Of a DNA stretch of 59,201 bases, positions 46,918 through 55,085 are shown piece by piece. Location of the stretch: contig CAZROM010000003.1 in NCBI GenBank assembly GCA_964601715.1, positions 36,533 to 95,733 on the forward strand, in the 5' to 3' direction. Positions within the stretch are counted from its first letter, which is position 1. Each line of letters starts with the position of its first letter. The stretch is from an uncultured Candidatus Peribacteria bacterium (GTDB lineage Bacteria; Patescibacteriota; Gracilibacteria; UBA1369; 2-02-FULL-48-14). The translations under genes were made by a program, and so were the position numbers. A model generated the notes under the pieces. The model saw only the letters and a list, made by a program, of their open reading frames with translations. It had not been told where the DNA came from and ran no database searches.

Positions 46918-47928
46918 TCACTCTTCTGAATCCTTCAACTTATATATTACTTTTTCTCCATTCTGTCCAGAAATTCGCAGGTCGACGTAGTCTAAATTCG
47001 ATTCGTAAATGTTCAAGGTGCTGAGCGATTTTTTGAGTTTTGCCAGCTGAATGTTGGTGTCTTGAGTCAGGTCAATCCAGATGGTGAAGTAGCGTTCGGT
47101 GAGCAAATGCAGTTCGCGCGCCTGTTTGAGGTAGTGAATCTCCAAAACTTGCATGTTGAATTTGCCCTCAAAATCTTTAGTGGTTTGCAGCAAGGTTTTG
47201 AGCATGTCTGCATCGATCAAACTTTCATTCAAAGCAAAGTCTGTTTTTCGCGCCGTGCTTTCTTCTGGTGGAGCTGCGGCTTCTTCCGTGACCACTGGGG
47301 CGGTGGGCGTGCTTGGAGTTTCTGGAATGGCACTGAGGTCCATGTCGGTTCCCGTCACATCCATGACCAAGGTTGGCAACTCTTCTAGGCTGGTGCCCGT
47401 GCCTGCCACGAAGCCCAGTTCATTGACCACGTACAACTGCTCGGTGCCGTTTTCGAATTCAACCTTCACGTTGGCCACATTTTCGTAGGTTTCTAGGTTC
47501 ACGCTCAATGTGTGGAAAAAGTCTCGGCTCACATCCAAACCCTTCAAATAAGGATACTCTTGGAAGAGTTCTTGCTCGAGCAGGGCAGTGTTGAATGTGA
47601 GAAGGTTTTTGCCCAGATGGTCCTGCAGGGTCTTGTTGAGGGTGCTTTGTTCGTTGGCGGTGGCTTCGTTTCCGGTCACGTTGATTTTTTGGATCTCAAA
47701 CAGTTTGGTGAAGAAGACGACGTAGGCCAAAAAGCCCATGGCAGCGAGTGTGCAGAGGATTTTGAAAATGCGTACGATCTTATACCAAGTTCCCCCGCGG
47801 CTCACTCGTTCGGAATGGCTTTGTTTGGGTTCGAAAGGTTTGCGGTTCCCACTTCTAAGCGGACGATAATTCGAAAAGTTCGAAGAATAGGTTCGAGGTT
47901 TACGCTTAAATCGCGAAAGAAATCCCAT
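46918..47928 (-). CDS. ftsQ: Cell division protein FtsQ/DivIB-like (POTRA domain)
   Basis: Basic cytoplasmic N-terminus, one TM (ILCTLAAMGFLAYVVFF), then FEIQKINVTGNEA...LLTFNTALLEQEL, a POTRA-like segment. Confidence 0.7.
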   Translation of the reverse strand: MGFLSRFKRKPRTYSSNFSNYRPLRSGNRKPFEPKQSHSERVSRGGTWYKIVRIFKILCTLAAMGFLAYVVFFTKLFEIQKINVTGNEATANEQSTLNKTLQDHLGKNLLTFNTALLEQELFQEYPYLKGLDVSRDFFHTLSVNLETYENVANVKVEFENGTEQLYVVNELGFVAGTGTSLEELPTLVMDVTGTDMDLSAIPETPSTPTAPVVTEEAAAPPEESTARKTDFALNESLIDADMLKTLLQTTKDFEGKFNMQVLEIHYLKQARELHLLTERYFTIWIDLTQDTNIQLAKLKKSLSTLNIYESNLDYVDLRISGQNGEKVIYKLKDSEE

Positions 47929-47948
47929 GGCGTGGGAGTGAAAAGGAC

Positions 47949-48101
47949 TTAATTTGCTCGAGCAAGCGCAGAGCGAAGGGCAGATTGACGAGCCGTAGAG
48001 GTCGTTTTAGCCTTTGCCTTATTGCGACGTTTCCACTGTTTAGACTTGGGTCTATCAGCAGGTTGGTCGACAATGTTGTGTGATTTACTGTTGTTGTTCA
48101 T
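47949..48101 (-). CDS. Possible small basic protein (weak call)
   Basis: 50 aa from the ATG at 48101 (a TTG at 48146 would give 65 aa). Lys/Arg-rich, KSKQWKRRNKAKAK. No SD sequence seen. Confidence 0.25.
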   Translation of the reverse strand: MNNNSKSHNIVDQPADRPKSKQWKRRNKAKAKTTSTARQSALRSALARAN

Positions 48102-48202
48102 AACGAAAGGTGAACGGATTGTAGGGGGGAAGCGGTGGGAAGTCAAGAGACTTGCTTTTTTATTAAAATGTTCTATAATTCAATGCAAAGTTTAACTTTT
48201 TT

Positions 48203-49021
48203 ATGGCGAAAGATATCGTGCGTTTGGGGAGAGGGTCAGAGGAAGTTGTTTCTGATGGAGATGTGCTTCACAAGGGGGATAAAGTTCGAGTTGTTTCAAT
48301 TTTGACTGGGCCTGTCGACGACAAGCGGAGAACTTTACCTAGACCTTCTTTTCGAGAAGTGACCTCTGCTAATGCTGATGAAGTACTCTTCGCCCCAGTG
48401 GGGTTTGATCCTGAAACTTGTGTTCATAGTACGGCTATGCCCAAATCCATTGATGATGTGAGTGACTGGGGACAGATTCCCGAACATTTTATATTACCAA
48501 TGCATTTGTTGCGTGAATTGATGCAAAATCATGGTTGGTCTGTGGTGGAGCGAGCCGATGGGACTCTAGTGGATGCAATCAGGAAAGCAGTTGGGAAAGC
48601 TGCGCAGCTTCCAGTTGTTCCTGCAGTTGGTACTGCGAGAGTTGATGAAGCAACCTGTTTCGGAAGATTGGCGGACTTGGAAAATCCTCTTGTGGGTTCT
48701 GGACCAGTTCAAGAAGCACCTTTGGCTGATGCTGCTCAGATTGAAGTGGAAGTCAAAGCCGCTGGGAGAAAATTAGAGGAAACTTTGAGGTCTTTGGAGT
48801 CGGTTCTGAATTTACGTCCTGAACAAGTTGGCGTCGCTGGAGTGCGAGGTTCTATTCAAGTTGTGCTTACGAATAAGCACTTGCTGGGTGTCGCGGGACG
48901 TAAGCGCATTGTTGCTTTGAATGGTCGTCTGACTGAAATCTACAATCGAACTCAAAAGCCTGGTGTATTGGAAGTGATCCATGCCATCAATGACCTCTTG
49001 GCACTTTTACCTAGAAATTAA
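48203..49021 (+). CDS. Hypothetical protein
   Basis: 272-aa ORF, the only plus-strand gene between 39.3 and 53.2 kb. No motif recognised. Confidence 0.6.
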   Translation: MAKDIVRLGRGSEEVVSDGDVLHKGDKVRVVSILTGPVDDKRRTLPRPSFREVTSANADEVLFAPVGFDPETCVHSTAMPKSIDDVSDWGQIPEHFILPMHLLRELMQNHGWSVVERADGTLVDAIRKAVGKAAQLPVVPAVGTARVDEATCFGRLADLENPLVGSGPVQEAPLADAAQIEVEVKAAGRKLEETLRSLESVLNLRPEQVGVAGVRGSIQVVLTNKHLLGVAGRKRIVALNGRLTEIYNRTQKPGVLEVIHAINDLLALLPRN

Positions 49022-49052
49022 AGAGAGCCCATCGTGGAGTCAGGGGCTCTCT
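49022..49052. terminator. 9-bp hairpin between convergent genes (candidate bidirectional terminator)
   Basis: agagagccc (49022-49030) pairs with gggctctct (49044-49052) around a 13-nt loop. Flanking U-runs are weak. Confidence 0.4.
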
Positions 49053-49082
49053 CTTCATAGTTGAGTTGGTTTTTGCCGAGGA

Positions 49083-52000
49083 TCAGGAGCAACCCATGCT
49101 GTTTCCACAGTTCAGACATTTGTAGCAGGTGGCGTTGCGAACGGTCACGTGTCCACAGGTGTTGCAGAGAGGGGCGTCGCCCATCATTCCGGCAAGTTGT
49201 TTGGTGAGTCCATCGTCGTCGCTGGAAGCGGCAGTTGCTGCTGGAGCAGGAGTTTCGATGGCTTCTTTCGCGGTTTCTTCGGCAGCCACAGCGCTGGCTT
49301 CGCTCATCATGGCGTCGGCAATGCGGTTGCGGGAGCGAGTTTCATCCACTTGAGTGCTCTTGGGAGCCACGTGTACAAAGTCGGTTCGTTCGAGGTACTC
49401 CATTCCAAGGACGCGGAAGATGAAGTCCACGATGGAAGTGGCGGTGCGGATGTTGGGGTGAGTGGTGAATCCAGAAGGTTCAAAACGAGTGAAGGTGAAG
49501 CTGTCGACGTATTTTTCGAGAGGCACTCCGTATTGCAAACCAATGGAGATGGCAACGGCGAAACAGTTGAGGAGACTTCGGTAGGATGCGCCTTCTTTGA
49601 AGGTGTCGATGAAGATTTCTCCGAGTTTTCCGTCGTCGTATTCACCGGTGCGGAGGAACATCTTTTGTCCTGCAATGCTGGCTTCAACGGTGATTCCACG
49701 GCGTTTAGCGGGGAGGGTCACTTTGCTGCCACGGAGGACACCTGCTGGGGCTGCAGCCACGGCTGCGGATTCCAATTCTTTGGCGTCGCTCTTGCTGGAG
49801 AGAGGTTGGGAGTGCTTACATCCGTCACGGTACAAAGCGATGGCTTTGAGGCCGAGCTTCCATGATTCGAAATAGGTTTCTTTGATGTCTTCTACAGTCG
49901 CTTCGTTGGGCAAGTTCACGGTCTTGGAGATGGCTCCAGAGAGGAAAGGTTGAACGGCAGCCATCATTTTGACGTGTCCGAGAGGTGCGATGTAACGGCT
50001 TCCTTTTCCACACTTGTTGGCGCAATCGAAGATCGCGAAGTGTTCTTCTTTGAGGTAAGGAGCACCTTCCAAAGTTTGGCTTCCTTCGATGTAGAGTTGA
50101 GCCTTTTCAACTTGGTCTCGGCTGAGGCCTTTGTTGATGAGGATTTGAGGAGTGACATGAGGAGTCCACTCATCCAAAGTCTTGGCTTTTTCAACGTGCT
50201 TGCTGGCTTCGAGGATTTGTTCGTCGGTGAAGCCGAGCTTTTTGAGGGCTTCTGGGTTCACGTGAGGAGCGTTTTCGAGAGTTCCGTGACCGAGCACGTA
50301 CTTGATCATTTCGTCGATTTGGTCTTCGTTGTAACCGAGTTTGGTGAGAGCACCTGGAATGGTCTTGTTGATGATCTTGAAGTGTCCTCCGCCGGCGAGT
50401 TTCTTCCATTTAACAATGGAGAATTCAGGTTCAACACCGGTGGTGTCGCAATCCATGAGGAGTCCGATGGTTCCGGTGGGCGCGAGCACGGTGGCTTGAG
50501 CATTGCGGTATCCATGCTTTTCTCCTTTTTCTACAGCGAGAGTGGCGTCTTCACAAGCGGCTTCGTAGAGGTCTTTAGGACAGAGCTTGGAGTCGATCTT
50601 GTAAGCAGCGGCTTCGTGCATGCGCATCACTTTGAGCATGGGTTCGCGGTTCTTTTCGTAGCCGGCGAAAGGTCCAACGGCCTTGGCGATGTCCGCAGAC
50701 ATTGCAAAGGAGTGGGTGTGCATGATGGCGGTGAGGGCGGCAGCAATGGCGCGTCCTTCGTCGCTGTCGTAAGGAATGCTCATCATCATGAGCAAGGTCC
50801 CGAGGTTGGCGTAACCGAGTCCAAGGGGACGGTAGTCGTGGCTGTTTTGAGCGATTCCAGGAGTGGGGTAGGAAGAAAGATCCACCAAGATTTCTTGAGC
50901 GAGGAAGAAGATTTCTACGGCATGGCGGTAAGCGGGAACGTCGAAGGTTCCATCTTCACGCATGAACTTCACAAGGTTGAGAGAAGCGAGGTTGCAAGCC
51001 GTGTCGTCGAGGAACATGTATTCGGAGCAAGGATTTGATCCGTTGATGCGTCCACTGTTTGGACAGGTGTGCCAGTCGTTGATGGTGGTGTCGAATTGGA
51101 GTCCAGGATCGGCACAAGACCAAGCGGCTTTGGAGATTTGGTCGAAGAGTTCTTCGGCTTCCATTTCTTCAAAAGGTTTTCCGTCGGTTCGGTTGCGAGT
51201 CCAGAATTTTTCTTTGTTCTCAACGGCTTTCATGAATTCATCCATCACACGCACGGAGTTGTTGGAGTTTTGTCCAGAAACCGTGTGGTAAGCCTCGCCG
51301 CGCCAGTCGCTGTCGTAACCGGCATCGATGAGGGCTTTCGCTTTCTTTTCAGATTCCACTTTCCAGTTTACGAAGTCCTTGATTTCGGGATGGTCCACGT
51401 TCACGACCACCATTTTGGCGGCGCGGCGAGTGGTCCCTCCTGATTTGATGGCTCCGGCTCCGCGATCGAGCACTTCGAGGAAGGACATGAGTCCAGAGGA
51501 CACACCTCCACCTGAAAGCACTTCGTATTTGGAACGAATGTTGGAGAAGTTGGATCCGGTTCCTGATCCGTATTTGAAGAGTTTAGCTTCGTTTTTAGCG
51601 AGTTCGAAAATTCCCATCAAGGAGTCGTCTACTTTTTGAATGAAGCAGGCGCTGCATTGAGGGCGAGAGTAAACGTTGGCGATTTCTACGATTTCGTTCT
51701 TTTCAAAATCCCATGCGTAGTTTCCGTTGTCTCCCATCACTTTGTATTCGTGATAGAGTCCACAGTTGAACCAAACGGGAGAGTTGAAGGCTCCACGTTG
51801 AGTCATGAGCATGAATTTGAGTTCTTGTTCGAAGGTTTCTGCGGCCTGCGCATCTGCAAAGTATCCTTTTTCTTCCCCGAAAGTGCGGATGGTGTGAGCG
51901 ATGCGGTGCACGGTTTGTTTGGCGCTGATTTCGCTGTCGGTTCCCGGCACCCCACGTTTGCGGAAGTACTTTTGAGCGATGATGTCGGTGGCGAGTTGAG

Positions 52001-52271
52001 ACCAAGAAGTGGGCACTTCCACGTGAGTCATTTCGAAAACGATTTTTCCGTTGGGTTCTTTAATGCGGGATTCGCGTACTTCGTAATCCATCATATCGAA
52101 AGCCTCCACTCCAGCTTGGGTGAAACGGCGTTTGATTTGAAGCCCTTTTAAGTCGCCTTCGTTTTTAGACTTTGCGTCTTGAGGACGACGAATTTCCGTT
52201 TTTTTAGAAGCGGAATCTTGGGTAGAAGCCTGAGCCGTCACGGGATCAGGAAGGGTGATGGATTGAGCCAT
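49083..52271 (-). CDS. nrdJ: Adenosylcobalamin-dependent (class II) ribonucleotide reductase
   Basis: 1062 aa. RPQCSACFI, NPCSEYMFLDDTACNLASLNL, ATQRPS-like cores and a C-terminal Cys cluster CNTCGHVTVRNATCYKCLNCGNSMGC. Confidence 0.93.
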   Translation of the reverse strand: MAQSITLPDPVTAQASTQDSASKKTEIRRPQDAKSKNEGDLKGLQIKRRFTQAGVEAFDMMDYEVRESRIKEPNGKIVFEMTHVEVPTSWSQLATDIIAQKYFRKRGVPGTDSEISAKQTVHRIAHTIRTFGEEKGYFADAQAAETFEQELKFMLMTQRGAFNSPVWFNCGLYHEYKVMGDNGNYAWDFEKNEIVEIANVYSRPQCSACFIQKVDDSLMGIFELAKNEAKLFKYGSGTGSNFSNIRSKYEVLSGGGVSSGLMSFLEVLDRGAGAIKSGGTTRRAAKMVVVNVDHPEIKDFVNWKVESEKKAKALIDAGYDSDWRGEAYHTVSGQNSNNSVRVMDEFMKAVENKEKFWTRNRTDGKPFEEMEAEELFDQISKAAWSCADPGLQFDTTINDWHTCPNSGRINGSNPCSEYMFLDDTACNLASLNLVKFMREDGTFDVPAYRHAVEIFFLAQEILVDLSSYPTPGIAQNSHDYRPLGLGYANLGTLLMMMSIPYDSDEGRAIAAALTAIMHTHSFAMSADIAKAVGPFAGYEKNREPMLKVMRMHEAAAYKIDSKLCPKDLYEAACEDATLAVEKGEKHGYRNAQATVLAPTGTIGLLMDCDTTGVEPEFSIVKWKKLAGGGHFKIINKTIPGALTKLGYNEDQIDEMIKYVLGHGTLENAPHVNPEALKKLGFTDEQILEASKHVEKAKTLDEWTPHVTPQILINKGLSRDQVEKAQLYIEGSQTLEGAPYLKEEHFAIFDCANKCGKGSRYIAPLGHVKMMAAVQPFLSGAISKTVNLPNEATVEDIKETYFESWKLGLKAIALYRDGCKHSQPLSSKSDAKELESAAVAAAPAGVLRGSKVTLPAKRRGITVEASIAGQKMFLRTGEYDDGKLGEIFIDTFKEGASYRSLLNCFAVAISIGLQYGVPLEKYVDSFTFTRFEPSGFTTHPNIRTATSIVDFIFRVLGMEYLERTDFVHVAPKSTQVDETRSRNRIADAMMSEASAVAAEETAKEAIETPAPAATAASSDDDGLTKQLAGMMGDAPLCNTCGHVTVRNATCYKCLNCGNSMGCS

Positions 52272-52367
52272 ACGCGTGGTTAAAAATGGGGAAATAAAGA
52301 ACGATAACCTGCGCGGAGGAGTAGGGAATCCGTTTAAGGTCTATTTTGGGTCTGAAAGGGGAGAGGA

Positions 52368-52415
52368 GCACAAGATGTTGTATGCCTTGCTCCTGTGGTG
52401 CACAAGATATCGAAA
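52368..52415 (-). promoter_or_regulatory. Two candidate NrdR boxes spaced 32 bp centre to centre
   Basis: The minus strand reads ATACAACATCTTGTGC (52368-52383, 12/16 to the published acaCwAtATaTwGtgt consensus) and TTTCGATATCTTGTGC (52400-52415, 10/16). Confidence 0.4.
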
Positions 52416-52432
52416 ATACCGAAAATGGTCAA
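52404..52432 (-). promoter_or_regulatory. Candidate nrdJ promoter TTGACC-17 nt-TATCTT
   Basis: The reverse complement of 52427-52432 is TTGACC, and that of 52404-52409 is TATCTT. The -10 element lies inside the distal NrdR-like box. Confidence 0.35.
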
Positions 52433-52534
52433 AGCATTGTGCCCCGAAATCCATTGACGGTTTTTGATTTGTTTTCCGAGTAGAAAAATTCATCAGATTG
52501 CGTGATCTGTGGCACCTATTCTAAATAGATTTTC

Positions 52535-52564
52535 TCTCAGCGCTCCGGGCCGCTAGGCCAAGTC
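52535..52564 (+). repeat. Third, isolated copy of the 30-nt core of the window-start tandem repeat
   Basis: tctcagcgctccgggccgctaggccaagtc is identical to 25-54 and 106-135, in the same orientation. Confidence 0.95.
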
Positions 52565-53264
52565 ATTTACTTGGAGTTTTTTTGAACAATCTTCGTTGCT
52601 TAGTTACTTCATAAAGTACAATTCCTGAAGTGGTGGCTAAATTTAAACTTTCTATGATCCCGAACATTTCAATATTGATACAAGCAATACTATTTTGAAT
52701 AGCTAGATCACTAATACCAGTGGATTCATTTCCGAACCAGATCGCTAGTTTTTTTTGAGTGTAATCACCTTCATGTAGTATCACATTCTTTTTCCCCTTT
52801 TTGTGTGGGGACGTCACCATAGATAGGAAATTATTTTTGTTTAGATGTTCAATGCATTCTTCTGTACTTTTGAATACTTTTATAAAACTCCATTTCACAG
52901 CTGATGCAGAAGAAGCCAATAACAGCTTTAATCCCCTCATGGTTTGCCAGTCCTTTGGCAGCCCTTGACGACTGTCTACGACATAGAGTTTTTCCACACC
53001 TAAAGCATTGATGTTTCTTATCACAGTGCCAATGTTTCTATGATCGCTAGGATTCTCTAATACAGCGATTAGATTTTTACATCTATATTTCTTAATGGCA
53101 TCAGCACGTTGCCTCAGGCTACTTTTTCCAGTAATTGTTCCCATTGGAAGGATTGTTAATTGGACAGCCAAATACTTTATAAGCATATTCGTCTTTACTT
53201 TGAGTGGGCAAGTCACTAATATTTTTACGAATTCTTTATCGATCAACCTTTCGTAAATGACCAT
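52563..53264 (-). CDS. SpoU/TrmH-family RNA 2'-O-methyltransferase
   Basis: HRNIGTVIRNINALG, IWFGNESTGIS and IEMFGIIESLNLATTSGIVLYE (SPOUT motifs 1-3). The start is uncertain (53264 or the ATG at 53186). Strongly AT-rich. Confidence 0.85.
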   Translation of the reverse strand: MVIYERLIDKEFVKILVTCPLKVKTNMLIKYLAVQLTILPMGTITGKSSLRQRADAIKKYRCKNLIAVLENPSDHRNIGTVIRNINALGVEKLYVVDSRQGLPKDWQTMRGLKLLLASSASAVKWSFIKVFKSTEECIEHLNKNNFLSMVTSPHKKGKKNVILHEGDYTQKKLAIWFGNESTGISDLAIQNSIACINIEMFGIIESLNLATTSGIVLYEVTKQRRLFKKTPSK

Positions 53265-53460
53265 TACTCTTTCTCCTAAGTTTCAGGTTGTGATCCCTAA
53301 AAAAGTGCGAGAGCAACTCAATCTCAAGGCAGGGCTCAAGTTCCAGATTTTTGCTTATCAAGGACGAATTGAATTGGTACCCGATGCGCCGATTTCTGCA
53401 CTTCGAGGGGCTTTCCCAAAGTTAACGCCAATCGTTCGCGAACCCGATCGAGAACTATGA
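53257..53460 (+). CDS. vapB: AbrB/SpoVT-family antitoxin (VapB-type)
   Basis: 67 aa. ITLSPKFQVVIPKKVREQLNLKAGLKFQI is a swapped-hairpin motif. 4-nt overlap with the PIN gene. Confidence 0.85.
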   Translation: MTITLSPKFQVVIPKKVREQLNLKAGLKFQIFAYQGRIELVPDAPISALRGAFPKLTPIVREPDREL

Positions 53461-53828
53461 ATGACATATTAGATTCATCGGCGTGGATAGCGTATTTCAC
53501 CAACGAAAAAGCAGCGGATCTTTTCGCAAAGATCGTGGAATCTTATGATTATGTCGTTCCTTCCATCACGATTTATGAGGTCTATAAAAAGTTTCTCACG
53601 CTCTATGACGAAACGACGGCGGTGACGGTGATTTCGCACATGCAAAAGGGAAGAGTCGTAGAACTCACCGACTACATGGCCATTTGGGCGAGTAAGCTTA
53701 GCAAAGACCTGAATTTGCCCATGGCGGACAGCATCATTTTGGCAACAGCTTACGCAACCAATTCAACCCTTTGGACGCTGGATGCCGACTTTAAAGGAAT
53801 AGAGGGAGTGGAGTATTGTGGGGCTTAA
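53457..53828 (+). CDS. vapC: PIN-domain ribonuclease toxin (VapC-type)
   Basis: 123 aa. N-terminal ILDSSAWIAY (Asp), an E in ITIYEVYKK, DSIILATA and TLDADF as acidic active-site positions. Confidence 0.85.
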   Translation: MNDILDSSAWIAYFTNEKAADLFAKIVESYDYVVPSITIYEVYKKFLTLYDETTAVTVISHMQKGRVVELTDYMAIWASKLSKDLNLPMADSIILATAYATNSTLWTLDADFKGIEGVEYCGA

Positions 53829-53831
53829 GTC

Positions 53832-54380
53832 TTAAGCTACTTGCTCTTCTGCTCTTACGATTTTCCATGGGTTTTCTTTGCTATCTGACGGAGCAATAAC
53901 GAAACCGGTTTTCACACCTGGGTTTTCGACAGATAGAATGGGTGCACCTTTCACTAGCTCTCGAGTGAAATAAGTAGCGCTAAAAGCCCTAGATGCTGAG
54001 ATTGGATATACTTGGCGGGATATGTATATTTCGTTCTCTGGGTTTAAGCCTTCTCTTGTATCAGGATTAGGAATCAAGTGTCCATGAGGGTCCAGTCTGT
54101 ATACACCTTGACTGGGTTCGATCACGATTTTTTTTGCTAATAATACACGGATGGCTCGCTCTGCAAGGTTGGCTGCGACTGCCCCTGGTTCTCCCTTTTC
54201 AAATCTGGCTCCGTAGCCTAGGTTGTGACGCGCATCTTTATCGGGAACTATTCCGGCTTCTTCTTCTGTGAGCAGCCAATCTTCTTTGTGCTTAAACCTT
54301 TGAAGGATTGTAGCTACACTCCCTGAAAGTAGATGATTGTCATCAATTAGATCTTCTGGCACTTGAGTGGTATCGAGCAT
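53832..54380 (-). CDS. Hypothetical protein
   Basis: 182-aa ORF convergent with vapC (3-nt gap). No motif recognised. Confidence 0.55.
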   Translation of the reverse strand: MLDTTQVPEDLIDDNHLLSGSVATILQRFKHKEDWLLTEEEAGIVPDKDARHNLGYGARFEKGEPGAVAANLAERAIRVLLAKKIVIEPSQGVYRLDPHGHLIPNPDTREGLNPENEIYISRQVYPISASRAFSATYFTRELVKGAPILSVENPGVKTGFVIAPSDSKENPWKIVRAEEQVA

Positions 54381-54464
54381 AAGGAGTTCATGTTAAAAGA
54401 GCGAGTATGATAAACCCGTTTGTACTTTTGTCAATATACTTGGTTGGATGTTGATCTTTGGGGC

Positions 54465-55082
54465 TTAATGACCTCCGCACCCGCATCCGCCTTCTTCGCC
54501 TCCTCCTGGGCCACATCCGCAACTGCCTCCACCGCCGCAGCCGCCTTCTTTTTTGCTGAAGTTGGGGTTGGTGATTTTGAAGCCGGAGCCGTAGGCGCTG
54601 TCGATGAAGTCGACTTCGGCGCCGAGTAAGTTGGAGAGGGAATCGGGAGCAATGAAAATGCTGACGCCGTGGAATTCGAAGGATTTGTCGTCCTTTTCGG
54701 CGACTTTTTGAAAGTCCATGCCGTAGGCGGGTTCTTTACCGCCGTTGTCCAAGGCTGTGATTTTGAGGCCCCAGCCTTCTTTGTCTTCGGCTTTGGCGAA
54801 TTCTTGGATTTTTTCAGCGGCTTTGGCGGTGACGTACAGTCCGTCGTCTGGAGCTTTGCGCTTTGCAGCAGCGAGTTCGTTGATTCGGACGATCATCTCA
54901 TCCACCACGGCTTCTTCGATGCCGTGACTCATGGCGCCGGCTTTGAGGGGTTCGAACACGTTCACGCTGCACGAGGTGCAGTGCAGTCCAAAATCCTGCA
55001 TGATTTCAGCAGTGTCGGGGTAAAGGTTCAGCACTTCACCGATCAGCATGTCGCCTGTGACGAGTTGTTTTTTTGTAGACAT
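54465..55082 (-). CDS. DUF1858-like redox domain fused to an IscA/HesB-like domain, with a Gly/Cys-rich tail
   Basis: N-terminal IGEVLNLYPDTAEIMQDFGLHCTSCSV. Central YVTAKAAEKIQEF...GSGFKITNPNF. Tail GGCGGGGSCGCGPGGGEEGGCGCGGH. Confidence 0.7.
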   Translation of the reverse strand: MSTKKQLVTGDMLIGEVLNLYPDTAEIMQDFGLHCTSCSVNVFEPLKAGAMSHGIEEAVVDEMIVRINELAAAKRKAPDDGLYVTAKAAEKIQEFAKAEDKEGWGLKITALDNGGKEPAYGMDFQKVAEKDDKSFEFHGVSIFIAPDSLSNLLGAEVDFIDSAYGSGFKITNPNFSKKEGGCGGGGSCGCGPGGGEEGGCGCGGH

Positions 55083-55085
55083 CGA

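Noticed and set aside
49950-51038. 362-aa plus-strand ORF. Similar long shadow ORFs occur at 19964..20785, 305..1282, 3534..4274, 45343..46053, 57600..58199, 33824..34561, 29132..29746, 27126..27698 and 27848..28411.
   Set aside because: All are antisense to genes with strong family signatures (nrdJ, secA, xfp, trmB, pilC, ftsH, galU, hsp20 and others) and have compositionally biased translations.
49083-52271. Intein inside the long NrdJ
   Set aside because: There is no Cys/Ser...His-Asn-Cys/Ser/Thr splice-junction pattern and no homing-endonuclease-like insert. The extra length is explained by the triple 27-aa repeat and the low-complexity C-terminal tail.
52272-52534. Cobalamin riboswitch in the nrdJ leader
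   Set aside because: I looked for a B12-box-like element and the multi-stem architecture on the minus strand and found none. The leader instead shows NrdR-box-like palindromes. A covariance-model scan would be decisive.
54381-54464. A second copy of the 30-nt repeat core marking the right edge of the AT-rich islet (direct-repeat att sites)
   Set aside because: No similarity to tctcagcgctccgggccgctaggccaagtc was found there or near 53830. The islet is therefore not visibly bracketed by a duplicated target site.
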